Source: Acidobacteriaceae bacterium
GTDB lineage: Bacteria > Acidobacteriota > Terriglobia > Terriglobales > Acidobacteriaceae
Assembly: GCA_003156235.1 (NCBI GenBank)
Contig: PMGP01000449.1
Location: 1-56,528 of the forward strand
Direction: 5' to 3'
Length of the DNA: 56,528 bases
The notes beneath the pieces were generated by a model, which was given only the letters and a program-made list of their open reading frames with translations, had not been told where the DNA came from and did not search any database. Numbering within the stretch: position 1 is the first letter of the stretch; each line of letters starts with the position of its first letter. Position numbers and translations under genes: made by a program. Below, one piece after another: positions 1-8,307 of the stretch.

Positions 1-241
1 CCATCAGCGCGGACCCGGCGAAGGTGAACGGCACGGCCGCGTATGTACTCGACCCCGTCGGTAACCGCAAATCGGCGACCTCTTCGCTTCCCGGCTTTAA
101 CTCCGGCAGCTTCGGCTACAACGCCGACGACGAGCTTTCGACGGAGCGTTACGACGCCGACGGCAACGCGTGGAACTCCGGCGGAAACTACTTTGCCTAC
201 GACTCGGACAACGAGTTGAAGTCGATGAATCGCGGCGCGGT
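1..241 (+). pseudogene. RHS/YD-repeat protein fragment, enters from outside the window and is interrupted by an IS end at 242
   Basis: The frame reads ...YVLDPVGNRKS...FGYNADDEL...YDADGN...FAYDSDNEL (YD repeats). Similarity stops at TGTCCCTCGCCAAAA (242). Confidence 0.75.
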
Positions 242-451
242 TGTCCCTCGCCAAAATCCAATCCAGCCTGGAGCAGCGCCAGATTTAACTTCCCGGAGAC
301 GGCATCAGCGTAGATTTCAATGGCGGGAAGGTTTATTCGGCATCCGCAAATAGCCTCGGCAGCAGGTGCGGCACGACCAGCAAGTGGCTTGTGGGCGCAA
401 TTCTCCCGCAGTTACTTTTCCATGTCTATCCAAACTCCTCAGAGCAGCAAT

Positions 452-1495
452 TCAGGCAGCCAGATCGTAGCGATGATGCAGGCCGCCGAGCCTGGACCTC
501 GCAACGATCTTGCGCCCGACTTCGGGCGCAGTCTTCTCTGCGGCGCGGCCGGCGGGCGTTGCCTTGGCTAACGCCAAGTGCGTCCTGTCTTCGTGGTAGT
601 AGCGGACATACTCATTCATAAGTCGTTTCAGATGCCGTTCATTGAGGACGATCACGTGGTCGAGCAGATCGCGGCGGCAGTTGCCGACGAAGCGCTCGGC
701 AACGCCGTTCTGCCACGGACTGCGGAAGCTGGTCCGCTTGGGCTTGATGCCGAAGTTCTTCACAACTTCTATCATTTCGGCATTGAAGCTGGCGCCGCGA
801 TCAAAGATCAGGTAGCCGGGCGCTGTGTCGTATGGAAATGCCTCGCGCAACTGCTGAATGACCCAGGCACTGGTCGGATGCTTCGTCACATTGCAATGAA
901 GGATGCGCCGGCGGTCGTGCGCGATGACGAAAAAGCAATAGAGCACACCGAAGGTCAGCGTGGGCACGGTGAAGAAGTCCATTGCTGCAATCGCCTCGCG
1001 GTGGTTGGCAAGGAACGCCGCCCAGCGCCGGGCAGGCTCAGGACTCCTCGGCGCTTTTCGCATCCAACGCAGTACGCTTCGCTCAGAGATTTCGTAGCCA
1101 AGCATCTTCAGCTCTCCGTGGATTCGGGGAGCGCCCCAGGTTGGATTCTCGACAGCCATGCGGACGATCTGCTCGCGCAGATCCTTGCCGACGGGTTTTC
1201 TCCCGGTGCGCTTCCGGCGGCGGGACAGCCAGGTCCAGTACCGCGCAAACCCCGCCCGGTGCCAGCGCACGACGGTATCGGGTTGGACCAGGACCAGAGC
1301 CTCTTTCCAGCCCGCCCAAATCCTGCGCAGAATCACCCAAAAGAGTTTGTCGGGAGCAGCAAATCGGGTTTGAGGATGGCGCCGTTTCAAAACTGCGAGC
1401 TGTTGACGAAGAGCCAAGTTTTCCAAGAGAAGGTTGCGGCGAGAAAGACAAGACTGAACGATCAGATCGAACAAGAGCTTCAACGAACGGAGCAT
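452..1495 (-). CDS. DDE transposase / integrase core domain protein
   Basis: HTH-like ENPTWGAPRIHGEL; DDE motifs AMDFF, LIFDRG, SPWQNGVAERFV; C-terminal LGGLHHRY. Confidence 0.92.
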   Translation of the reverse strand: MLRSLKLLFDLIVQSCLSRRNLLLENLALRQQLAVLKRRHPQTRFAAPDKLFWVILRRIWAGWKEALVLVQPDTVVRWHRAGFARYWTWLSRRRKRTGRKPVGKDLREQIVRMAVENPTWGAPRIHGELKMLGYEISERSVLRWMRKAPRSPEPARRWAAFLANHREAIAAMDFFTVPTLTFGVLYCFFVIAHDRRRILHCNVTKHPTSAWVIQQLREAFPYDTAPGYLIFDRGASFNAEMIEVVKNFGIKPKRTSFRSPWQNGVAERFVGNCRRDLLDHVIVLNERHLKRLMNEYVRYYHEDRTHLALAKATPAGRAAEKTAPEVGRKIVARSRLGGLHHRYDLAA

Positions 1496-1830
1496 GAGCT
1501 TGTTGTAGCAGAAGCGTCTTGGATTTCAGTGCAGACAGCATTCGTTGCCTGTAAGTTACTGAAATTGCACTGCGGCAAGGAAGAGTTCATGTGTTAAGCC
1601 CTGCATTCACGATTGGAGGTTGCGCTGAAAATGACCTCTGACCGAACGATAAGTTGTAGGCGGGAATCCAACGGCAAGGAAGCCGCGAAGACGCGCTCCA
1701 TTTGCGCTCTGTTTATCGGATTACGACTGCTTTTCATGGTCTTAGGTGTCATCCGCTGACCTGCATGTTGTTGAAAATGCGTTTGACTGTTGATTCGAGT
1801 TTTATGCTTGCTGCATCAACTTCCTGATCG

Positions 1831-1852
1831 CAACTTGGGTCCAACTTGGGTC
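1831..1852 (+). repeat. Tandem 11-bp repeat CAACTTGGGTC x2, possible integrase arm-type sites
   Basis: Seen directly. A third TGGGTCCA lies at 2171-2178, on the other side of the tRNA fragment. Confidence 0.5.
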
Positions 1853-1936
1853 CATTTGCTGCCGAAAACCGGGCATTTAGAGCAACCTAGACGCACTACC
1901 AGCCTAAACGAATCAATAACTTAGCAAATCGGTTGG

Positions 1937-1984
<48 letters not shown>

Positions 1985-2257
1985 TTATTGTCAACAACTT
2001 ACAGACTCATCACGTACTCGAAAGTAGACTCATCTGGTATTAGCCCAGGGGGTCTAGTGCCGGAAGGTGCGTCAATATTGGTTTTTTCGCCTATCCTGGG
2101 ATGCAACACTCTCTACAAAAACATATACAGTCGTAAGAGATGATCCAGTTTTACACCCAGACAGCCAAGCTGGGTCCACTACACTCTGTTTGAATTAACA
2201 ACAGATCGATAATTTTGGCGAGAGGCAGGAATCAGCGGTCTCCTTTTTCTCCGCGCC

Positions 2258-3643
2258 TCACACTGTGACTGCAACGTCTCTTTCTGCTGGTTGAAATGCG
2301 GCAGAGGATTCTCGAAGAACCCAGCCGGCAATCAGCAGAGTGGGCGCGGGCATGGGTTCGATCTTGCCGAGAGCGGCGAGCGTAGTGTAGCGGATTTGCT
2401 GGCCGGGCTGTGCGGCTTGCGATACGACAGCGCAGGGAAACTCCGGTGGGAGGCCTTCCTCAAGCCACTGTAGCGCTAGCAGGCGTGAGTCGCGGCCAGG
2501 CATATAGACGATACGCGTAGAGTCCTCAATTTGGGGCAGCGGCGAGAGGTTGTGCGACTGCGCGTGATGGCCGGTGGAGAAGATCACGCTCGATGCGCTG
2601 TTGCGGCTTGTCAGCGGGCAGCCAATGGAAGCGGCCGCGGCAAAGGCGGCGGAGACGCCGGGAACAATCTCAAATGGAATGCTTGCTTCGGTGAGTGCGG
2701 CGATCTCTTCGGCGGCGCGGCTGAAGATAAGCGGATCGCCGCTCTTGAGCCGGACGATGGTGCGGAAGGGATTCTTTTGCTCACGGGCGTACTCCACCAT
2801 CAGCGCGTTGATCTGCTCCTGCGTGATGCTCTTCACGCCGCAACGCTTGCCCACGTTGATGATCTCGGCGGCGGGCTGTGCAAGCTCAAGAATCGTTTCT
2901 GGAACAAGGTCGTCGTGCAGGATGAGATCTGCGGATTGAATGAGGCGCAGCGCTTTGACGGTCAGCAGTTCAGGATCACCAGGTCCGGCTCCCACCAGAT
3001 AGACCTTGCTGCCGGAGCTGGCGCTCTCTTGGTGGAGCGGAGCGAGAGCAAGATGGCGCGCCGGGCAAGAGGCTTTGTCGCAGAGCTGTCGACTGGCTAA
3101 CTGATGCAGCAATGCCTTACGCGCCTCACCGCGGGGCTGCGTTGCCAAAACTTCGCGGCGGAGCCGGCCCATGTTTTCGAGCCACGGGCCGAGGTCGGCG
3201 GGCAGTTGTTCGTCGATTTCGCGGCGTAACTGCTGCGCGAAGGCAGGGCTTTCGCCCGCAGTTGAGATGGCGATCTGCAACGCGCCGCGGCTGACCACCG
3301 AACCGAAATAAAAATCACAGTGCGGAGGATCATCCACGCTGTTCGACAGAATGCCGCGCTCAACGGCTCCCTGATAAACGGCGGTATTTACTTGAGCGGA
3401 ATCAGTGGCGACGACAACCAGATAGTTGTCCTCGAGGTCGGCGAGTTCAAAGTTCCGCTGAGTCCATTCGAGACGGCCCTCAAAGGCGAGCTTCTGAATT
3501 TCAGGGATTGCATTCGGCGCAACAACGCGCAGCCGCAAGCCCGTCTTGAGCAGGACGTCTATCTTGTCGAGCGCAACAGTACCCGCGCCGACCACCAGTC
3601 CGCGGCGACCGTTGAGTTTGAGAAAGACCGGTAACAGGCTCAT
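2258..3643 (-). CDS. cysG: Siroheme synthase (fused dehydrogenase/ferrochelatase and uroporphyrinogen-III C-methyltransferase)
   Basis: LVVGAGTVA, NSVDDP..CDF, IAIST.GESP; VYLVGAGPGDPELLTVKA, RLKSGDP, VPGVSA. Directly downstream of the sulfite reductase. Confidence 0.93.
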   Translation of the reverse strand: MSLLPVFLKLNGRRGLVVGAGTVALDKIDVLLKTGLRLRVVAPNAIPEIQKLAFEGRLEWTQRNFELADLEDNYLVVVATDSAQVNTAVYQGAVERGILSNSVDDPPHCDFYFGSVVSRGALQIAISTAGESPAFAQQLRREIDEQLPADLGPWLENMGRLRREVLATQPRGEARKALLHQLASRQLCDKASCPARHLALAPLHQESASSGSKVYLVGAGPGDPELLTVKALRLIQSADLILHDDLVPETILELAQPAAEIINVGKRCGVKSITQEQINALMVEYAREQKNPFRTIVRLKSGDPLIFSRAAEEIAALTEASIPFEIVPGVSAAFAAAASIGCPLTSRNSASSVIFSTGHHAQSHNLSPLPQIEDSTRIVYMPGRDSRLLALQWLEEGLPPEFPCAVVSQAAQPGQQIRYTTLAALGKIEPMPAPTLLIAGWVLRESSAAFQPAERDVAVTV

Positions 3644-3652
3644 AGCTTAATC

Positions 3653-5350
3653 CTAATCAGCGACTCCGTGCGGCACGCTGCCTGTGGGCAGATCGCGCTC
3701 GACCGGCGGCAACGCCTCGCCCGCCAAATTGGCGCGCAGTTCGTCGTTAGAGTGGCGCGCAAACCAGGCGCGCAGATTCTCTTCCCTCTGGCGCGTGGCA
3801 AGGTACTTGCGAAGCAGCCGCTCAATCGCTTCCGGCACCAGCGTCGCGGGGCAGCGATAGCCCACCGGACGAGCGATGGAAGCGTGTTGGCCCACCGCGC
3901 CGCCAAGGCAGAAATAATATGCATCGATAAGCTTGCCCTCGTGCTTGATCTTTTTTCCCTCGATGCCGATGTCGGCGATCCAGTGCTGTCCGCAGCCATT
4001 GGGGCAGCCGGTGACGTGCAGCCTAAGCTGCTGATCAAACTCCGGCAGCCGTTCTTCAAGCTCGTCCACAATCCAGCGGGTGAAGCCCTTGGTCTCAGTG
4101 ATGGCCAGCTTGCAGAACTCGGTGCCCGTGCAGGCAACCGCGCCGCGCCAGAAAGATGAGCCATCGACTTGCAATCCGATCTGGCCTAATTCGCGTGCAA
4201 GTTCTGCCGTTTTGTTGTTGGGAATATCGATGAATAGCAGATTCTGAGAGACGGTTGTGCGCAGCGCGCCACTGCCGAAACGCTCTGCAAGTTCAGCGGC
4301 GGCCTGCAACTGCTCGCCGCTCAGCCGTCCGCGCAGCACCGATGCGCCCACGTGACTCAAGCCCGGCTGTCGCTGTGGATGAATGCCTGCATGGTCGCGG
4401 TATATGTCGTCGGGAACCTGCTCGAGCGCAGCGGGAAGCAGCGTGAAGTCAAGCCGCGACTGCAACTCAGCGAGAAAACTCTCCGCGGTCCAGCCTTCTT
4501 TCAGGAACAGGTATTTCATGCGCGCCTGTGCCCGGTTTTCGCGCAATCCCTGCTGCTCGCGGAAGATCTCGGCCACGGCGCGCGCTACGCGAACCGCCTG
4601 CTCGGGAAGAACGAAGGCATTAAGGCGAACGGCGAGATGCGGCTCCCTGGAGAGCCCTCCCCCGACGCGCAGCGAGTAGCCAATCTGGTCGTTGAATTTG
4701 GCCGCGGTGAGGGCGATGTCGTTGATCTCCGGATGAGAACACCACGATGGACAGCCGGTGGCACAGACTTTGAATTTGCGCGGCAGGTTGTAGAACTCCG
4801 GGTTGCCGCTAAGCAAGCGTGAAATCTCCGTGGCGAGCGAAGAGGAATTGATCAACTCATCAGCGGCCACTCCGGCCAGCGGACAGCCGGTCACGTTGCG
4901 CACCACATCGCCGCAAGCGCCTTTAGGCGAAAGTCCAACCGCATTAAGAGCATCGACGACTTCAGGCAGCGACTCGATAGTGAGCCAGTGCAGCTGAATA
5001 CATTGGCGCACGGTGATGTCGGCAAGGTTGCGCGCGTACTTTTGCGAGATTCCGGCGATGACGCGAAGCTGCGCGGCGGAGAGGATGCCGTTGGGAATGC
5101 CGATGCGCATCATGAAGTAATCGGAGGCCAGACCCTCGCCGCCCTTGCCGCCGGTGGCGCCCACGCCATCGCCCTGGGTGTAGATGCCCCACCACTTGGA
5201 GTATAAGGAAGCCCACTCGGGCAGCACGCTGGAGCGGCCCTGGCGGGCAAACTCGCGCACCTCATTGAAGGCCTCCCACGGGTTTTTCTCGCGCTTGAGG
5301 CGCTCCGCACGCTGAGCATTTGTCTCTTTTACTGGAACTGTTTGAGCCAT
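3653..5350 (-). CDS. sir: Ferredoxin-type sulfite reductase hemoprotein (nitrite/sulfite reductase family)
   Basis: WWGIYTQ, FMMRI, ITVRQCIQ, NLPRKFK, ACTGTEFC and TGCPNGC siroheme/4Fe-4S ligands; cys gene context. Confidence 0.9.
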   Translation of the reverse strand: MAQTVPVKETNAQRAERLKREKNPWEAFNEVREFARQGRSSVLPEWASLYSKWWGIYTQGDGVGATGGKGGEGLASDYFMMRIGIPNGILSAAQLRVIAGISQKYARNLADITVRQCIQLHWLTIESLPEVVDALNAVGLSPKGACGDVVRNVTGCPLAGVAADELINSSSLATEISRLLSGNPEFYNLPRKFKVCATGCPSWCSHPEINDIALTAAKFNDQIGYSLRVGGGLSREPHLAVRLNAFVLPEQAVRVARAVAEIFREQQGLRENRAQARMKYLFLKEGWTAESFLAELQSRLDFTLLPAALEQVPDDIYRDHAGIHPQRQPGLSHVGASVLRGRLSGEQLQAAAELAERFGSGALRTTVSQNLLFIDIPNNKTAELARELGQIGLQVDGSSFWRGAVACTGTEFCKLAITETKGFTRWIVDELEERLPEFDQQLRLHVTGCPNGCGQHWIADIGIEGKKIKHEGKLIDAYYFCLGGAVGQHASIARPVGYRCPATLVPEAIERLLRKYLATRQREENLRAWFARHSNDELRANLAGEALPPVERDLPTGSVPHGVAD

Positions 5351-5365
5351 TTTTCCTCTTCACTG

Positions 5366-5404
5366 AAAACAGAAAACCCGCGACAGCTGCGGCTGCATCG
5401 CGGG
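5366..5404 (-). terminator. Intrinsic terminator in the sir leader (attenuator)
   Basis: Minus strand CCCGCGA-TG-CAGC-CGCA-GCTG-TCGCGGG followed by TTTTCTGTTTT, just before the sir RBS. Confidence 0.75.
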
Positions 5405-5445
5405 CAATTGGAAACCATGGATTGAACTGTACCTATAGACCCAGG

Positions 5446-5499
5446 TCACCTATGCGCGCGAAGCAATGTACAGCGGCGACAACAGAGATGACCTTGCAT
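5446..5499 (-). CDS. Cys-rich leader peptide MQGHLCCRRCTLLRAHR (17 aa), probably leaderless, upstream of sir-cysG
   Basis: Manual translation. ATG lies 6 nt after a TATTAT -10 box. Confidence 0.72.
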   Translation of the reverse strand: MQGHLCCRRCTLLRAHR

Positions 5500-5505
5500 A
5501 ATGAA

Positions 5506-5571
5506 ATAATATCGGCGGTCCAGTCGAAAGTCAAGTTCCCAGTTGACAGGAATTCGAAAGCCGGTTAGGGT
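5506..5571. promoter_or_regulatory. Back-to-back sigma70-type promoters for sir (minus) and porin (plus)
   Basis: Minus: TTGACT(5534-5529)-17 bp-TATTAT(5511-5506). Plus: TTGACA(5543-5548)-17 bp-TAGGGT(5566-5571). Confidence 0.65.
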
Positions 5572-5594
5572 GTAAAAACAGAGTTGCACACGAG

Positions 5595-5642
5595 ATGAAA
5601 TCTATCATCCTCAAATTAGCGTGTTGTTGTTGTCTCCGCTAG
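5595..5642 (+). CDS. Poly-Cys leader peptide MKSIILKLACCCCLR (15 aa)
   Basis: Manual translation; four consecutive TGT codons at 5622-5633. Confidence 0.75.
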   Translation: MKSIILKLACCCCLR

Positions 5643-5767
5643 CGCCCGCTGGCCTGTCCGCGAATTATGCCTTTCCATAATTCAAGCGCCTCATGTTGAT
5701 TTACGAGTATTGGATGCCCCTGTTCACGCCCATCTCCGCAGGTTTTATTGAGGACTCTGCCCGCTCA

Positions 5768-5827
5768 ATGAGCAGGCCGGTAACGGCACTGTGTTCGTGT
5801 AGTTGTTGTCTTCCCACCTGTCGATAA
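5768..5827 (+). CDS. Second Cys-rich leader peptide MSRPVTALCSCSCCLPTCR (19 aa)
   Basis: Manual translation; five TGT codons; GAGGA upstream; ends 76 nt before the porin start. Confidence 0.7.
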   Translation: MSRPVTALCSCSCCLPTCR

Positions 5828-5903
5828 AGGTCTGTCGCCCCATACGGGCCAGAGCCTAATGTCCCAACCCATCCAGCTTCTATAATTCAAAGGAGAATCC
5901 AAA

Positions 5904-7409
5904 GTGCAACTAGCTCTTTATGTTTTCGTGTTTGCATCTCTGCGCCGGTTGCGGCTATCGATCTCAGCTGTGCTTTTTCTGTTTGCTGTAGCGGCCGGAC
6001 TGCCCCTGGCCGCGCAGGACGACATCACCACGCAAAACGCGACGTCCGCGTTCAATGGCGCATATATCACTGGGCCGGAGGCGAACCCTTTGAGCTTCCT
6101 GAACGGCGCGGCCTGGCGCACTACCGGCAACCCGGCGCCTTATGACTTTCACGACTTTGCACCGGCGACCTATGTTGATGCAAAACTGCCCAAATGGATC
6201 GACGTGCAGGCCGAGGAGCGGTTCCGGTACGAGGGGTACAGCAATTCAAGCTTCAAGGCCAAGGCCGATGACTCCTACCTGTTGAACCGCTTCCGGTTCC
6301 AGGTGGATCTGCGGACGCCCAGTTGGTTCCGGGTTACGGCGCAGGTGCAGGACGCCCGTTCAGGCTTCCAAAACCCGCCGATCGGGCCGCCGAACACGGT
6401 TCGCTGGGATCTGAAGAAGGCTTACGTCGAGATCGGCACGCCCGAAAAACACTGGTTCAGCCTGCGCGTGGGCCGGCAAACCATCAACTACAACAACACC
6501 ATCATCGCCAACTCCGAGTGGCGCAACCAGGCCCGTTCCTACGATGCGGCGGTGCTGAACCTGAATGCGAAGCGCGAGCACCTGGGCATCTTCGCCGCCT
6601 CAGCTGCGGTGCCGCAGGCTTATGGCGTGAGCCCGCACCAGGAAGGCAATAACATCTACGGAGCCTACGGCCGCATCGATGATTTCCTGGTGCCGCACTC
6701 GAACCTTGAGCCGTTCTTCCTGTGGCGCGTGCAGCCGGCAGAGGTCGTCGAGCCGGCCGTCGCCAAGACCACCGGTAAGGAAAACGAGAAGGTTGGCGGC
6801 GTGCGCTTCAAGGCGCAAGCTCACTCGGCGCTCGATTATGGGGGCGAGGTGATCTACGAAGGCGGCACGGTGGGGAAGGAAAGCATCGGCGCCTGGGCGG
6901 CGCAGGGAGGCGCAGCATACCAGTTTCTCAATGCAGCGGCCAAGCCGCGTGTCTTTACCCAGTACGACTACGCCACGGGCAATAGCAATCCGGCAACGAA
7001 CGGAAAGCACTCTACCTTTGATACGATCTACCCGACAGCACACGACCGTTTTGGCATCGCCGACCTGTTCGGCGCACAGAACATTGAGGCGGTGCGCGCG
7101 GGCACAACCGTTGAGCCCCACAGGCGACTTACCTTCACAGTACAGGGGCTGGACTTTTGGGCGGCTGATGCGCTGGACTCGATCTACAATACCTCGGGCA
7201 GCGCGATCGTAAACAACAAAACCGACCACGGCCGCCATGTGGGCGCGGAAATCGATGGCTACTCCTGGTATGAACTCAACAAGCACTTCAACCTGGGCGG
7301 CGGCGTCGCTTACTTCGGCGGCGGCCAGTTCCTAACGAATGTGACGACCAGCCACTCGTACCCGTACTACTACTTTGCGCTGAACTTCAAAGACAACGGA
7401 AAGAAGTAG
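5904..7409 (+). CDS. Alginate-export (AlgE-like) family outer-membrane beta-barrel protein
   Basis: Signal peptide; ERFRYE, LLNRFR..VD, QVQDAR, LRVGRQ, WRNQARSYDA, YATG, TFD.IYPT.H; AAGGAG RBS. Confidence 0.8.
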   Translation: MQLALYVFVFASLRRLRLSISAVLFLFAVAAGLPLAAQDDITTQNATSAFNGAYITGPEANPLSFLNGAAWRTTGNPAPYDFHDFAPATYVDAKLPKWIDVQAEERFRYEGYSNSSFKAKADDSYLLNRFRFQVDLRTPSWFRVTAQVQDARSGFQNPPIGPPNTVRWDLKKAYVEIGTPEKHWFSLRVGRQTINYNNTIIANSEWRNQARSYDAAVLNLNAKREHLGIFAASAAVPQAYGVSPHQEGNNIYGAYGRIDDFLVPHSNLEPFFLWRVQPAEVVEPAVAKTTGKENEKVGGVRFKAQAHSALDYGGEVIYEGGTVGKESIGAWAAQGGAAYQFLNAAAKPRVFTQYDYATGNSNPATNGKHSTFDTIYPTAHDRFGIADLFGAQNIEAVRAGTTVEPHRRLTFTVQGLDFWAADALDSIYNTSGSAIVNNKTDHGRHVGAEIDGYSWYELNKHFNLGGGVAYFGGGQFLTNVTTSHSYPYYYFALNFKDNGKK

Positions 7410-7439
7410 CCAACGCCGTTATGGAACTCCGGGACGAGG

Positions 7440-7697
7440 CAGGTGTGATGGACCTGTCTTTCGACAGAACATCCGCAGTTCACTTTCGTTCGCCTTCCTG
7501 GTACACACCGGACAAGTTCTTCTCGCCTTTTTCCCGGTCCGTTCACCACCTGGGAGCTAATCCCAAAGCAGCGCCGGGTGGTTTGAGGGCTGATCCTGCG
7601 ATCCGCCTCTGGAGGGCCTGACTCCATCTTCCATGCAATAAAGCTGCTTTCAGTCGGTTTACACTACGACCTCTTTTCTGCGCCGTTCATGGCACAC
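7440..7697 (-). mobile_element. 5'-terminal (domain I) remnant of a group II intron, RmInt1/class D-like
   Basis: Minus strand starts GTGTGCC and contains GGCCCTCC, CTCAAACCA..GCTGCT, GGTGGTGA and CGAACGAAAGTGAAC blocks in the order I recall from RmInt1 domain I. No RT ORF or domain V. 3' limit approximate. Confidence 0.65.
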
Positions 7698-7711
7698 TTT
7701 GGCGAGGGACA
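7698..7711 (-). repeat. Isolated IS terminal-repeat sequence TGTCCCTCGCCAAA (intron 5' exon)
   Basis: Identical to 242-255. Confidence 0.75.
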
Positions 7712-7834
7712 ATTTTCAAACCGCTTGCATATGCGCCGGGGTATGCTATCGACAAGGGGCAAAAGAGCGGTAAAACACCTCTGCGAGGCAATTGCCAGAT
7801 TAGAGCAAGTGCCCCTTCAGGTCATCGGGAGAGT

Positions 7835-8266
7835 ATGAAAATGAACAGAAAAGATATCGTGCTGGCGGCGAAGGCGACAGTCTGGCTTTGGCTCGCCTGG
7901 ATGACTATCGATGTTCTCCCGTTCAAGCTTTTCCGCAAGATGATGCGCCCGCCGGTCGGCAAGCCAAGGTTGAAAGGAGACTCGGCGCAGGCATACGGCC
8001 GGCGAGTGAGTTGGGCTGTGGGAGCCGCCGCGCGGCGCGTGCCGTGGCGAGCGGTTTGCTTTCATCGGGGACTCGCCGCCCATCAGATGCTCTGCCGCGC
8101 AGGTGTTCCCACGGAACTGCATTATGGGGTGGCAAAGTCCATGGATAAGGGGCTCGATGCCCATGTTTGGGTTACGGCAAATGGAGAGATCATCGTCGGA
8201 GAACAGGCGCAGAATCACTTCACCGTGCTGGGCATATTCCCTGGAAAAGATTCATCCGGAGAATGA
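7835..8266 (+). CDS. Lasso peptide leader peptidase (B2, transglutaminase-like)
   Basis: AVCFHRGLA (catalytic Cys), LHYGV, DAHVWV (His); convergent with the lasso cyclase. Confidence 0.92.
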   Translation: MKMNRKDIVLAAKATVWLWLAWMTIDVLPFKLFRKMMRPPVGKPRLKGDSAQAYGRRVSWAVGAAARRVPWRAVCFHRGLAAHQMLCRAGVPTELHYGVAKSMDKGLDAHVWVTANGEIIVGEQAQNHFTVLGIFPGKDSSGE

Positions 8267-8307
8267 CGGCAAGGCCGGTACGAACCCGCCGGGCAATTTC
8301 CGCTGCG

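Noticed and set aside
578-1597. 339-aa plus-strand ORF
   Set aside because: Antisense shadow of the transposase, with no motifs.
7421-7621. 66-aa ORF as a second RiPP precursor (contains WYTP)
   Set aside because: Lies antisense to the intron-like remnant, with no plausible ring or tail.
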